A stretch of 64,000 nt of DNA, from the IMG/VR virus record IMGVR_UViG_3300012012_002042. One strand, 5' to 3'. Every line of letters begins with the position of its first letter. The first letter of the stretch is position 1. Of the stretch, positions 33,885 to 44,343 are shown one piece after another. This DNA is from an uncultured virus (IMG/VR IMGVR_UViG_3300012012_002042) (Duplodnaviria > Heunggongvirae > Uroviricota > Caudoviricetes). The translations under genes were made by a program, and so were the position numbers. The notes below the pieces were generated by a model. The model was given only the letters and a program-made list of their open reading frames with translations, was not told where the DNA came from and made no database searches.

Positions 33885-36266
33885 ATGAAAACAGCCACGA
33901 TGCAGAAGCCCAGTTACGACTGGATCAAATCCGCCGAGGAGGTGCTGGACAACGACAGCACCGAAAAAGAATTCGCGAGCCAGGCATATTCTGCCGTGGC
34001 TCAGCGGGCCGGCAAGCTCCTCGACAAAGATCATTTCCTCGGGTTCGAGATGATCTACAGCAACGAGGAGAAGAATCGTCTCGTCGGCATCTTCGCATTC
34101 CGCGTGAACAAGGACTTGCTCTACGCGCCAATCTTCTTCCTGAACGGCAAAATCAAGGGTCAAGAATTGCTCTACCGCGTCGGCCCGCAATTGTTCGTGC
34201 CGCTCACCGAAGGCTGGGTCAAGGAACTCACCAAGAAGGCCGAGCATAAATTGGGAGAGGGTCAGGACCGCTCTCGCCTGAACCGTCTGCCCACCGGCAC
34301 GGATCTGGCACCGTTGATCATCCCAGGTCGCGGGACGAAATACGCCAACGCCAACTTCGCATTCCAATCCATCAATCCCGATGCCGCTCGCCAGGACATG
34401 ATAGACGAAATCATCGCGGACATGTCCAGCATGGACAAATACGCGAATTACGTCCCCGGGAACATGATCCGGAAATTCATCGTCGAGGACGGCGGACGCC
34501 CGGCCATCGGCTACATCGCGGACATCATCAAATCCAGCGCAGTCTGTGCTGAGATGCTGATGCAGTGCATCGATGGAAACCTCGACATGATCATGCCCGC
34601 GGATCTGCCGGACCCAGTGGTCAAATCCGCTTCGGCCGAGATCGCCGAGCTGGTGATCCATGTGGGAGGTGTGAAAAATGCCGCGCTGAAAAAGGACGGC
34701 ATCTCAGCCATGTGCAAATACGGATTTGCCATCGAGGACAATCGCGACGTCAAAGGGCTCTCCACAGTTTACGAGCCGGCCGGTAATTGGGAGGAAGTCA
34801 ATTCCCCTGGAGTTTACGATCTGCCCGTCATCGGGGAATCCGGCGGTGAGGCGGTGATGGTTCGCACGCAGGAATTGTCCGGCAGCGATCTGTCCTCGTC
34901 CAGTCCGTATCCGTGCCCTCCGGGAGCAACGCAGTCCGAGGACAGCATGGGCATTCTTTTCCTGAAACCCGGCAACACATTCCTAGCTCCAGCTGATTAC
35001 GGCAAGCGGCGTTCCATTATGGGACGCGTGACGGGACAGGAATTGTCGGACGTGATGGAGCCGAAGGGCAAGAAGTCCCCGAAGGAAGGCGAGGCGTATC
35101 TCATTTTCGACAAGCGTACTGGGATGGCGTCACGTCGCGCATATTATTTCGCGGAAATCTCCTCGAGCACTGGCGGCGTGAAGAACGCCATCATCGTCCC
35201 GATTTCGCAGGATGGCGTGCAGCCGTGGCGCGGTCTGTCGATCATGCTCAATCCAGACGCCCCGCGCACGGATTGGGAGACTGGCATCCTCAATGAAGAC
35301 GTCCTCTTCATCAAGCTCGACACGGAGGAAGAGACGAAACGGGACAACGAACCCGATGTCTCCAATCTTTGTCACACTGCTGGCAAGGTGGTGACGGTGC
35401 CGAAAATGCGTTTGGTGGATGTTCCGGCGATCATGCCTACTTCCGCCCTCACAGCTGAGTTGGCCCGCGGGAATTTCCAGAGCGGGTATTTGGCGAAGCG
35501 TGAGGACGACAAATTCGAGATCAAATTCGCGCACACGGATCTGCTGACGTTCGAGACGGTAAAATCGGCCGCTGCCTGTCTCGCCCATGCCTACCGCATC
35601 CCCGGAGAAACGGTGATGGAATTGGTGGATGGCATGCTGGAAAAGAAGCGGGTCGATTTCGTGATGGAGAAATCCGCCTACGGTGTGACGACAATCTCCA
35701 GTCATCCGCAATTCCGGACGAATTACGACGCCACGCTCGGTACCGAGTTGGAATTCCCGCAGAGCTTCAGACTCGACACGATCACTTCGCAGCCGCCAAT
35801 TCGCGACATCCCGCTCAATGAGGTCTGGGATCCCGCGGGCGGTCGCGGCGGGCATACTCAGGGGCCGCGGTCAGAGATCGCAAACGCGAAGAATCTCGAT
35901 CAGGAAACGCTGATGCACGCATCTCCTGAGGATATTCAGCGGATGCAGAAACAGAAGGACACCCCGTTCGCCTTTGAACACGGTGTGCTCAGCAGTTTGG
36001 TGAAGACGTTCGACGCTGCCGCCATGCTCGACAAATATGAGCCGGCATTCGAGGCCTGCCTGGATCGTCTTGGGCGTACGCTCTTCCTGTTCTACTGGAA
36101 GCCGAAAGACATGGAAAAAGCGTTCGGCGTGGACGACATGGCGGACAAGGAGCAGGGATTGATTTCCTGCTTCAAGGCTCTGGGCGACCAGATCCTGGAG
36201 ATGCGTCAGCGCAATACGACCGAGACCGCGTCGAGTCGCAACGGCTCGCCTGCGCTTGGGAAATAA
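33885..36266 (+). CDS. large head-associated protein of unknown function
   Basis: 793 aa in the head cluster, several K-x-A motifs. Confidence 0.6.
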   Translation: MKTATMQKPSYDWIKSAEEVLDNDSTEKEFASQAYSAVAQRAGKLLDKDHFLGFEMIYSNEEKNRLVGIFAFRVNKDLLYAPIFFLNGKIKGQELLYRVGPQLFVPLTEGWVKELTKKAEHKLGEGQDRSRLNRLPTGTDLAPLIIPGRGTKYANANFAFQSINPDAARQDMIDEIIADMSSMDKYANYVPGNMIRKFIVEDGGRPAIGYIADIIKSSAVCAEMLMQCIDGNLDMIMPADLPDPVVKSASAEIAELVIHVGGVKNAALKKDGISAMCKYGFAIEDNRDVKGLSTVYEPAGNWEEVNSPGVYDLPVIGESGGEAVMVRTQELSGSDLSSSSPYPCPPGATQSEDSMGILFLKPGNTFLAPADYGKRRSIMGRVTGQELSDVMEPKGKKSPKEGEAYLIFDKRTGMASRRAYYFAEISSSTGGVKNAIIVPISQDGVQPWRGLSIMLNPDAPRTDWETGILNEDVLFIKLDTEEETKRDNEPDVSNLCHTAGKVVTVPKMRLVDVPAIMPTSALTAELARGNFQSGYLAKREDDKFEIKFAHTDLLTFETVKSAAACLAHAYRIPGETVMELVDGMLEKKRVDFVMEKSAYGVTTISSHPQFRTNYDATLGTELEFPQSFRLDTITSQPPIRDIPLNEVWDPAGGRGGHTQGPRSEIANAKNLDQETLMHASPEDIQRMQKQKDTPFAFEHGVLSSLVKTFDAAAMLDKYEPAFEACLDRLGRTLFLFYWKPKDMEKAFGVDDMADKEQGLISCFKALGDQILEMRQRNTTETASSRNGSPALGK

Positions 36267-36270
36267 TTCC

Positions 36271-37017
36271 ATGCACACAAACACCGCGCTCGCGTTCCAT
36301 ATCATTTACGCCGACGGTATGATCAAATCGGCGGAGAAGCGTGAAAAGGAGCGACCCTCCAATTCCAATGCGGCCGGCCGCTGGCTGAACGCGAAGGCAC
36401 TACGCTCGCAAGCAGCCATCGATCACCCGATTCGTTCCATGGTCGGAAGAATGGCTGGCGCCGGTCTGCCAATGCTGGCTGGAGCTGGCTTGGGCGCGGG
36501 CGCTGCGCATTTGACGGGAGGTGATCTCAGGGACAAAATCCTCGCCGGCGGTGGCGGGGCTCTCACAGGGTTGCTGCTCAGCAAACTCCTCGGAACTCAC
36601 GAAGCTGCACAGTCGGTCGCCTCTCAAGGTCTGACGGAAAAAGGACGCGAAGGCAGTTTGCTCGACACGCATGAAGGTCTGGAGGAGCGTTCGATTGGGC
36701 GGAATGCTTTGCACAGCGCAGGGAAACTCGCATTGCCTGCGGGACTCCTGGGCGCAGGCCTCGGCGGCCTCGCTTCCGCAGCTACTGCTCAGCCTGGGGA
36801 GAGCCGTCTGATGCGGGCTCTTGCGGGCGCGGCGACCGGAGGATTGGCTTCGGCGGCTGGCGGCGCGGTAGCAGGTGGAATTGGTGGTGCGGTGAATTCG
36901 GCGATTCACAAAAATACTTCGGGTGAATCACAGGCGCGCGCGATCCGGACGTTGGCTCAGCATCCGATTCGTTCAGCGTTGCCGGGCGGGGATATCTACG
37001 GCGCCTTGGACAAATGA
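36271..37017 (+). CDS. putative internal virion glycine-zipper membrane protein
   Basis: Leader MHTNTALAFHIIYADGMIKSA; four GxxxG-rich hydrophobic segments. Confidence 0.7.
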   Translation: MHTNTALAFHIIYADGMIKSAEKREKERPSNSNAAGRWLNAKALRSQAAIDHPIRSMVGRMAGAGLPMLAGAGLGAGAAHLTGGDLRDKILAGGGGALTGLLLSKLLGTHEAAQSVASQGLTEKGREGSLLDTHEGLEERSIGRNALHSAGKLALPAGLLGAGLGGLASAATAQPGESRLMRALAGAATGGLASAAGGAVAGGIGGAVNSAIHKNTSGESQARAIRTLAQHPIRSALPGGDIYGALDK

Positions 37018-37949
37018 ATTCCTCGCGTATCCAGCAAATGTGCAACGTGATGCCTCCTCCCGAGGAGGATCGTTTCGTGAACAATTACCGGATGGAACGC
37101 AGTGTCAGTGCGGGGCAGGATGATTATCAGACCACTCGGTTTCTCACTGCTTACAAGGATCTGCAATTCGGGTGGCGGTTCGCGCAGACTATGGCATTCA
37201 ATGAGCGTTCGCTGGGAATATCCCTACGGAAAGATGATGCCATTATTTGGAAGGCTTTCTGTTTCAACCGTGATCACCACAGGTTTCGGGATCGGACGTT
37301 CCTGTGGGCCAAACAATTTATCCATCCCATAATGGCGAAGGAGAAGGCGATCATCGATGCGTTGCTGGTGGCGCCAAATGCGACGGTCAAGTCGGTGGCC
37401 GAGGACATGAAGCTCCCCGAGGAAGTGGTGTCGGCATACGAGACACTTTTCTTCAATGTGCTGGACCGGAAATCCGATCACCTTTTCATTTCGTCGATCG
37501 TTTATCCGAAAGGTCGCATCGTCGAATATTACGACCGCTACGTTTACAACGAGACGTTCGACAATTTGCTGATGCGCGCGGGATACAACAACGGCGCCTA
37601 CGACATGCTCTACCTGGCGGGATTTCCGTCTGACGCCCTCGCGAAATACGACAACAAGGATACGCCGGCCCGCCTCGAAGCTTTGTTCATGGCGAACGGA
37701 TTGGTACAGGCTCGGAATGGTTGGATGAATCAGGGGCCGGCGACGAGCGTCGGGGTTTATCAGGCGCGGCAGATTTTGCAGGCGGCCAAGGCCTCGGGTG
37801 TGGATTCCACGGAGTCTCCGTTCTTCGACAAGAATCCTGGCCGGGCGATTCTGGCGGATATTCATCGTCACCGCTCGATGACTCTGACCAGGCGGCAGGC
37901 TTATATGAAGACGATCCCCGTGGACGCGACGGTCACCCAAGCTGCCTGA
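37014..37949 (+). CDS. hypothetical protein
   Basis: 311 aa, ATGA overlap; possible helix-turn-helix (VKSVAEDMKLPEEVVSAY). Confidence 0.7.
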   Translation: MNSSRIQQMCNVMPPPEEDRFVNNYRMERSVSAGQDDYQTTRFLTAYKDLQFGWRFAQTMAFNERSLGISLRKDDAIIWKAFCFNRDHHRFRDRTFLWAKQFIHPIMAKEKAIIDALLVAPNATVKSVAEDMKLPEEVVSAYETLFFNVLDRKSDHLFISSIVYPKGRIVEYYDRYVYNETFDNLLMRAGYNNGAYDMLYLAGFPSDALAKYDNKDTPARLEALFMANGLVQARNGWMNQGPATSVGVYQARQILQAAKASGVDSTESPFFDKNPGRAILADIHRHRSMTLTRRQAYMKTIPVDATVTQAA

Positions 37950-37957
37950 TTCCACAG

Positions 37958-37986
37958 TTGTCATTTCCGATCCGCTTCGATATTCT
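37958..37986 (+). promoter_or_regulatory. sigma70-like promoter
   Basis: TTGTCA-17 nt-TATTCT; ATG 6 nt downstream. Confidence 0.65.
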
Positions 37987-37992
37987 ACGAAC

Positions 37993-39489
37993 ATGTCACC
38001 GGCCCAAGTTCTCACCACAATTCAGAATCTGCTGCCGCGAATCAAATCCGCGGGCAAGGCTGAACCCATCCTGCTCGAGTATGCGCGCGAACACAACCTC
38101 GCGCCTGCTCAGCTCGTGAAAATGGCTTGGACCCTGAATACGTGCCGCTCCCTCTCGTGGATGGAGAATAATCCCAACGCGCGCGGCGCCACCGTCCCAT
38201 TGATCGACACCGAGAAGCTGAAGGAAGATTACACCACGCCGGCAGCGAAGACGGCCACCGTGAAAGTCGCATCGGCCGCGACTCCTGCCAGCGCAATCAA
38301 GGTGCGCGCGAATGTCCCCAATTTCTTCCGGGACGAGGCTCCCGCGGTGAAGATGGCATTTTCGGACGCCCCTGAGAATCCCCGCGAATCCACCCTCGGT
38401 GAGCGCAATGGTCATGCGGTGAATGACCGTTACGTGGAGACTCTGAATTTCGACACCCTGCGCGGAATCCGGGACGACCTGGTGGAGGACTTCGCAAAGA
38501 AGGCGTCCATCATCAAGGATCGGCTGATGGACAATCCGGAATTGATTCCAGCACTGTTCTGCGATCTCAGCAAATCAGCCTCGGCCACTGTGCCTCGGGT
38601 AATGGCGCACGTGCGGAAACAAATCTCCGGCTACGACGCCACCAAGCAATTCACCCGTGATTTGGATCAGGTGATTGCGAAATACGCAGCGGCCCCAAGG
38701 TTTCTCGTGGAGGACCGCACTGGCATGAATACGGATGTTGAACAGGCTGCGGACTGCCTGCACATGCTCGACACCTGTCAGGAAATGTTGAAGTCCGCCA
38801 TGCCGAACATGCCTGTCGATCAGGACACGCCGAGCACGCGTGATTCTGATGGAAAAAAAAACACTGAGCAGAAAATGACCGGTCCGGGTGCGCGGCAGGA
38901 AGCTCAGCCCACAGCGCCGCGAGCCGGAGGGCAGCCCGGCGGCAAGCCGAAGGCCCCTGCAAAAGGTGATGCCTCTGTGGAATATCTGGGCGGCGCTGGC
39001 GCAGGAGGAAAAGGGAAGAAGCCGGAGAATAAAACCGACGTGATTGCCGCGATCGGCACAGCGATCGGCAACCTGGCGGCAAAGGTGCCAGGCCCTGCAG
39101 AAGTCGTGGACCACATGACAGGTCCGCGTGAGCCGGGCCTGTTGAAGAGTCTGCTCGGTAATCATTTGTCTCCGGGCGTCCGGCAGCGGAAAATCGACCA
39201 GGGCGTGCACGACGTGCAAAAGGTGACGAATTTGCAACGCATGATGCTCACCGACCCGATTCTGTCTGAGGCCGAGCCGGAGAAGCTGGTCGGACTGTTC
39301 AATGATTTGCAGCAGTCCGATCCCACCATCGGGCACGATCCAAACCGACTTCGTTTCGCACTGCGCGAAGCTCTCACTTACGGTGGCATTCCTGCGCAAA
39401 CCTCGAAGACCCTGGCCGAGATCCACAAGAACAAGGCCCAGGCTGAGACATTCGTGCGCGAAAACCGCGAAGCACTTTACCAGACATGA
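37993..39489 (+). CDS. putative head core protein rich in K-x-A motifs
   Basis: IKSA, VKMA, AKTA, VKVA, AKKA, SKSA, AKYA, LKSA. Confidence 0.65.
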   Translation: MSPAQVLTTIQNLLPRIKSAGKAEPILLEYAREHNLAPAQLVKMAWTLNTCRSLSWMENNPNARGATVPLIDTEKLKEDYTTPAAKTATVKVASAATPASAIKVRANVPNFFRDEAPAVKMAFSDAPENPRESTLGERNGHAVNDRYVETLNFDTLRGIRDDLVEDFAKKASIIKDRLMDNPELIPALFCDLSKSASATVPRVMAHVRKQISGYDATKQFTRDLDQVIAKYAAAPRFLVEDRTGMNTDVEQAADCLHMLDTCQEMLKSAMPNMPVDQDTPSTRDSDGKKNTEQKMTGPGARQEAQPTAPRAGGQPGGKPKAPAKGDASVEYLGGAGAGGKGKKPENKTDVIAAIGTAIGNLAAKVPGPAEVVDHMTGPREPGLLKSLLGNHLSPGVRQRKIDQGVHDVQKVTNLQRMMLTDPILSEAEPEKLVGLFNDLQQSDPTIGHDPNRLRFALREALTYGGIPAQTSKTLAEIHKNKAQAETFVRENREALYQT

Positions 39490-40238
39490 TCATCTCCTCA
39501 CGCACCGATATTATCGGATTCGCTTATCACGTGACTCTTGGCCTGGATGCTCAGGAGGACGCCTTGTCCGAAGCCGAACGGCGGGCCTTCGCCGCGTTCG
39601 GTGAGCCCATCATCGAACTCGGCGGGCTGTTCGGCGCAACCTACGCGGCCAACGTGCTGAACTTCACGAACAATGTCACCGCGGGCGATTCAACTGTGAT
39701 CGGAGGTCGCACCTACAATTTCGTGGCAGCCCTCACTTCAGGCGCCGACCAGGTGCTGGTGGGGGCGACAAAATTGATCTCCTCCAACAATCTTTTCGCC
39801 GCCCTCACCGGTGGCCTTGGCATCGGCACCACCTACGGAGCCGGCACGACCGTGAACGAGAGTGTGACGTCTGCGTTGAATACCGGCGGCGTGAACCCAG
39901 CGCTCACCGTGACTGCAATTACGCCAGGCACTGCCGGCAATTCAGTTGTCGCGACGGAGAGCAGTTCCGGGCTGGCCTGGAGCAATGTCAACGGGCATCT
40001 CAATGGCGGTACCGATTCCACCATCACCCCGTTGGTCCTGCCCAGCAATCAATTGCGCTTTCCATCGCAATTCCCCTACAAGCAGATCTTCGTGCGGGCC
40101 GGTACTTCTGACACCGACACGCAACCTCAGGCGGAGTTCTGGCGTCAGGCAATTGAAGACGCAATTCAGGTTGGTGTAGACGAAAAATTAGCGATCTCCA
40201 CAACTGGACGCGGTCGCTGGACCACTACGCGCGAATAA
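39486..40238 (+). CDS. putative structural protein with an inserted beta-sandwich domain
   Basis: GDSTVIGGRTYNF...LTVTA.TPGTAGN...LNGG pattern of virion surface domains. Confidence 0.6.
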   Translation: MIISSRTDIIGFAYHVTLGLDAQEDALSEAERRAFAAFGEPIIELGGLFGATYAANVLNFTNNVTAGDSTVIGGRTYNFVAALTSGADQVLVGATKLISSNNLFAALTGGLGIGTTYGAGTTVNESVTSALNTGGVNPALTVTAITPGTAGNSVVATESSSGLAWSNVNGHLNGGTDSTITPLVLPSNQLRFPSQFPYKQIFVRAGTSDTDTQPQAEFWRQAIEDAIQVGVDEKLAISTTGRGRWTTTRE

Positions 40239-40240
40239 TT

Positions 40241-41293
40241 ATGGCCGATCTGCAAAAACTCCTCAACGCAATCATTGCGACTTCAGCCGCACGCAATCCG
40301 CAGAGCCTGGCGAATTGCAAGTCCGCCGAGGATCTCTCTGGCATTTCTCCGAAGGCCCGTCGCATTGCCCTGCTCGTAAAATATGCCTCAGCCGAGGCTG
40401 GCCCGTCCGTCCTGGATAAAGTCATGAATGCCGTGCAACACAATCGCGCGGTGCAGGTCGGTCTAGGGTCAGCTCTTCTCGGCGGCGGCATGGCAGCGCT
40501 GGCTCCCAGGAAGCAAGGCGAGGGTCTCGGTCGCAAGACCCTGCGGGTGCTCGGGAATGCAGCGTTGGCCGGCGGCCTTGGTGCGGGAGCGACTGCAGCC
40601 CTTGGCTACGGTTCCGATCAGATTGCGACGGCATTGCCGAAGGGTGATGTGGATCCAATCACGCATGCGACTCACTCACCGGTGGTGCGCGGGATTGGGG
40701 CGCTGGTCGGTGCGGGCGCGGGGCATCGGTATGGCCTTGGCGCTGGCGGTAAAAGTCCTGCAGATGCTTCTTTGGAAAGTCTCCACAATTTACTGAGTAA
40801 AGCAAAAGCTGCGCCGGTGCCTGCAGCACCTTCTATTACTCCCATATTGGCTGAGGAGCATGCTGCAGCAAGAGCAGCAGCTGCTGCAGCAGGAAGTAAA
40901 CATCAAGACATCTTCCAGAAATTTAAGGACACGATGAAGCAGCCGGTCAATAAGGCGTTCGACGCTGACGCGGCCAGACACTCCCTGACTGAATTTATGG
41001 GGCGGTCCACCACACCGAACGCGCGAGAATTCATCACGGATGCCAATGCCGGTGCCGGGACAGCTGAAGGAATACTTGAGGAACTTAACAACGCCGGTTA
41101 CAATTATGGCAAGGGTTGGAAAGAGCGTGCCGGTCTGTTCGGGAAACGGCATCTGAATCGTTTCAATAACAATAAGCTGCGCATGGGCGGATCACTCGCG
41201 CGCCTCGGCGGCGGTGCGGCGGCTGGATATTTCATCCCGGAAATTGGGGACGGGATCATGAACATTTTGGGAGTCCACCCTTTTGAATCATGA
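40241..41293 (+). CDS. putative internal virion glycine-zipper protein
   Basis: CKSA and VKYA sites followed by Gly/Ala-rich hydrophobic helices. Confidence 0.65.
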   Translation: MADLQKLLNAIIATSAARNPQSLANCKSAEDLSGISPKARRIALLVKYASAEAGPSVLDKVMNAVQHNRAVQVGLGSALLGGGMAALAPRKQGEGLGRKTLRVLGNAALAGGLGAGATAALGYGSDQIATALPKGDVDPITHATHSPVVRGIGALVGAGAGHRYGLGAGGKSPADASLESLHNLLSKAKAAPVPAAPSITPILAEEHAAARAAAAAAGSKHQDIFQKFKDTMKQPVNKAFDADAARHSLTEFMGRSTTPNAREFITDANAGAGTAEGILEELNNAGYNYGKGWKERAGLFGKRHLNRFNNNKLRMGGSLARLGGGAAAGYFIPEIGDGIMNILGVHPFES

Positions 41294-41631
41294 ACACCGA
41301 CGACGTCAAAATCCGGGTCTGCCGCAAAGTAATTCCAATTGGACCGCAAGCGCTGTCTGACGGTATTCCAGCCGACTCCGCCGTGGACACGTTTGGGATC
41401 GGAGTCCCTGACATGAAATACGAGGTCGGCCCGCCGATGATGTCTGTCGATCTGTCGAATCTCCCGTTCGACATGGATCAATTATTTGCCGCGCCCGTGG
41501 CAGGAATGCGCGTAAACGGCATCTGGTTCAAGCGTGCATCTGCGGAGGACGCTGTGATCCTGAGTGAGGATTATCTCCAGGCGGATTCCTCGCCGACCGC
41601 GCAAGCCCCCACACAAGAACTCGAAAAATGA
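41290..41631 (+). CDS. hypothetical protein
   Basis: ATGA overlaps at both ends. Confidence 0.6.
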   Translation: MNTDDVKIRVCRKVIPIGPQALSDGIPADSAVDTFGIGVPDMKYEVGPPMMSVDLSNLPFDMDQLFAAPVAGMRVNGIWFKRASAEDAVILSEDYLQADSSPTAQAPTQELEK

Positions 41632-43142
41632 ACCTGCTCACCGAACAAGATTGGATGGTCAAATGTCACGCGCAGGACGATCAGGAAGCGCTGTTCAAGG
41701 CGTGTGGCGGCCACATGAATTTCCTTCTCGATGTAGACTCCCGCGTGAAGTCGGCGTCGTCCGACGTGATCACACGTCAGATCATTTCCGAGTTCAAACC
41801 GCCAAAAGGATATTTCGCGCAGCACATGATCATCATGGGTGACGGCGAAGCGTATGGGGCAAACCGCAATGGGGATTACTGGTCCAAGCAGGCCAACCTC
41901 ACGCGGCACCCGACGTTCGTGACGGAGGGTGCGTATTATCGTGAGCACAATCACAAACGTCGGGATCTCTCGATTGGTGACGTGAAGTATGCGGCCTACA
42001 ATCCGGCGATGGCCCGCGTGGAACTCATCGTCTGGGGCAACATCAAGAAGGCGAACGACATTTACGAGTCCCTCAAAAAGGGAGAGGCGCGCAGCAATTC
42101 CATGTCTGCGCGTGTGAAATTCGACGTGTGCTCCTGCTGCAACCAGAAGTCCCCGAGCCCGCAATATTATTGCAAGCACGCCGCGGAGAAAATGAACCAG
42201 TGGGTTCCCGAGTTTCAGAAGTATGCCTACGTCGACAACCCGAACCCCACCTACTTCGATGCTTCCGATGTCGGGTATCCGGCAGACCGCCTGGCGCACT
42301 ACATCGAATACGCCTTCCCGGATGAGGACATGAAAAAGGCAGCCAGCGCAAATCGCCCGGTCATCACTGGTGTCGACTGGGCGAAGTTTTATGGCGCGGA
42401 TGAGTATGAGCATCACAATCTCAAACTGAACGCGTGGCAGACTCGGATGATGGAGAAGATGGCAGCCCACGAGCAGTGGATATCTGACAACGTGGACAGT
42501 TCCAGCGACAATGCGAAGGTTGCATTCGTCCGGAATATCGCGCCGCTTTATTGGGCGGATGAATTGACGGACGAGGAGATTCACGAACTCCGTCACGTCA
42601 GGCCTCCGACGTTCTTCGGCAAGATGGCCAAGTCTGCGAGCATTCTTCCTTTCCGCAGTTTCCTGTCTTACGCCACCGGGCGGACGATGAAGGATCTCAA
42701 TTCAGATCCGTGCGTAAAATTCGCGGCGGAGAAAATACTCCCGCAGCTGTTCCGCCAACTGGTGAAGAATGGCTGTGCGTGTCAGGCGATGGACCCGCAG
42801 GTATTCTCGGGCGACTCGGCCGGGACCATTTCGGTTGATCCTGGTGTGACTGATCCTGTGAATAAACTCATGGGGAAATTGGGGCAGAAATACACGGGAG
42901 ATCCGGAGGCTGTGAAGGCGCGTGTCATCCGCATCACAATTATCAAATCGGGCTCGACGGAGCGCGGCAATTACCCCGAAGTTGTTTCCGAATTCCGCGG
43001 GCCTGATGAGGAGGGCGCTCAATTCCTGGCAGGAGTTTACGGAATGTATAAGCTTGCAGCATTCCAAACAATGTCCGATTATGGAGTTCCAATTACGGAA
43101 CCCATGGAAGTTCTTTTCGCGTCCTCGCAGTTTCACCAATAA
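41628..43142 (+). CDS. prohead (capsid maturation) protease
   Basis: NRNGD, YREH (candidate catalytic His), SMS (candidate catalytic Ser) followed by D.CSCC...CKH, FDASDV..PAD; upstream of scaffold and capsid genes. Confidence 0.75.
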   Translation: MNLLTEQDWMVKCHAQDDQEALFKACGGHMNFLLDVDSRVKSASSDVITRQIISEFKPPKGYFAQHMIIMGDGEAYGANRNGDYWSKQANLTRHPTFVTEGAYYREHNHKRRDLSIGDVKYAAYNPAMARVELIVWGNIKKANDIYESLKKGEARSNSMSARVKFDVCSCCNQKSPSPQYYCKHAAEKMNQWVPEFQKYAYVDNPNPTYFDASDVGYPADRLAHYIEYAFPDEDMKKAASANRPVITGVDWAKFYGADEYEHHNLKLNAWQTRMMEKMAAHEQWISDNVDSSSDNAKVAFVRNIAPLYWADELTDEEIHELRHVRPPTFFGKMAKSASILPFRSFLSYATGRTMKDLNSDPCVKFAAEKILPQLFRQLVKNGCACQAMDPQVFSGDSAGTISVDPGVTDPVNKLMGKLGQKYTGDPEAVKARVIRITIIKSGSTERGNYPEVVSEFRGPDEEGAQFLAGVYGMYKLAAFQTMSDYGVPITEPMEVLFASSQFHQ

Positions 43143-43148
43143 TTTTCC

Positions 43149-43177
43149 TTGTCATCCGTCGAAATAATAATCACAAT
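43149..43177 (+). promoter_or_regulatory. sigma70-like promoter of the scaffold-capsid operon
   Basis: TTGTCA-17 nt-CACAAT in the intergenic gap. Confidence 0.6.
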
Positions 43178-43201
43178 CCCAACACTCAACTATCACCACA
43201 C

Positions 43202-44338
43202 ATGAAAGTCCTCGATCGTAACCAACTCTTCAAGAAAGTCGCCGCAGCCGCCACCGCCAAATCCGCAGCAGCCGGACACGCGGTCACTTCCCCCGATGCA
43301 GATCGGGCGGACGCCACCAATACCGTGGCTGGCGCTGCACAGCCTGCGTGTGACGCCGACGACCGCGGCCGCATGCAAATGCCGAAGGACGGCAAGCCAA
43401 GGGCGTACGGCGGAGTGGAAGCGGGTTCTGTCATTACCAAGACCACCACCCCCACAGGTCTCGGCGAGGATATTCCGTCAGCCTCGGAGCATCCGCAGTC
43501 TGGCGACAAGCTGGCGGCGGTCCAAGCGAATTTCCGCAATCTGCTCGCAGACCTCACGAATCCGGCGACCGCGGCTACGACGAGCGCACCAGCGAAAACT
43601 GCGGCGGCGAGCCCTGACGCGAATGTGGAAATCACGCCGGCATTCGCTGTGAAACTGGCGCACTCGATTTTCGCCATTGAAGGCGGCGCTGAACTCGCCC
43701 GCCAATTCCTTCTCAAGAATCACGCACAGGAAGAGGCGAATGCGATCGTGAAGAACGCATTCGACAGTCACGCAGCATTCCTGACCGAAGTGGAATACGC
43801 CGACGAAATGGAAAAGGCAGCCTCGGCGCAGCAGGAGTCCGCAAATCAATATCTCGACGACATCAAGGCCGCGTTCGACGCGCAGCCCCCGGAAGAGCAG
43901 GCGCGCATCATCAAGATGGCGTCCGTTCACGAGAAGGTCCGTTCCCAGCTTCCTGACCATCCCTGGATCAAGGACGCTTACGCGGGTGGTGCGGCCGACG
44001 CCGACGCCGATTCCGAAGCAGCAGGCCCTGAAGGTGCCCCTGCACCCGAAGATCCGGAAGGTGGAGATCAGACCCCGTCTCCCGAGGACCTGGCGCAGCT
44101 CATAATGATGCTGGTGCAGTCCGGGGAGATCCCGCAGGAAGAGGGCGAGAAAATGCTGCAAGAACTCGCTGCGGCGCTGCAGCAGGGTGGCGGCGGCCCT
44201 GAAGGTGGCGCTCCTCCGATGGGTGGCGGCCCTGAAGGTGGCGCTCCTCCGATGGGTGGCGACCCTGAAGCAGAGGCGACCAAGGAAGCCTCTGCAGCCA
44301 TCGCGATGATCAACTCTGTATTCCAACCCGCAAACTAA
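43202..44338 (+). CDS. putative scaffolding protein
   Basis: Acidic Ala-rich helical/disordered protein between protease and capsid; at least 8 K-x-A motifs; duplicated GGGPEGGAPPM. Confidence 0.65.
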   Translation: MKVLDRNQLFKKVAAAATAKSAAAGHAVTSPDADRADATNTVAGAAQPACDADDRGRMQMPKDGKPRAYGGVEAGSVITKTTTPTGLGEDIPSASEHPQSGDKLAAVQANFRNLLADLTNPATAATTSAPAKTAAASPDANVEITPAFAVKLAHSIFAIEGGAELARQFLLKNHAQEEANAIVKNAFDSHAAFLTEVEYADEMEKAASAQQESANQYLDDIKAAFDAQPPEEQARIIKMASVHEKVRSQLPDHPWIKDAYAGGAADADADSEAAGPEGAPAPEDPEGGDQTPSPEDLAQLIMMLVQSGEIPQEEGEKMLQELAAALQQGGGGPEGGAPPMGGGPEGGAPPMGGDPEAEATKEASAAIAMINSVFQPAN

Positions 44339-44343
44339 TCCAG

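Noticed and set aside
33885..36266. Portal protein call
   Set aside because: Size and position fit, but I recognise no portal motif and the many K-x-A sites suggest a processed core protein; no terminase or portal was identified in the window
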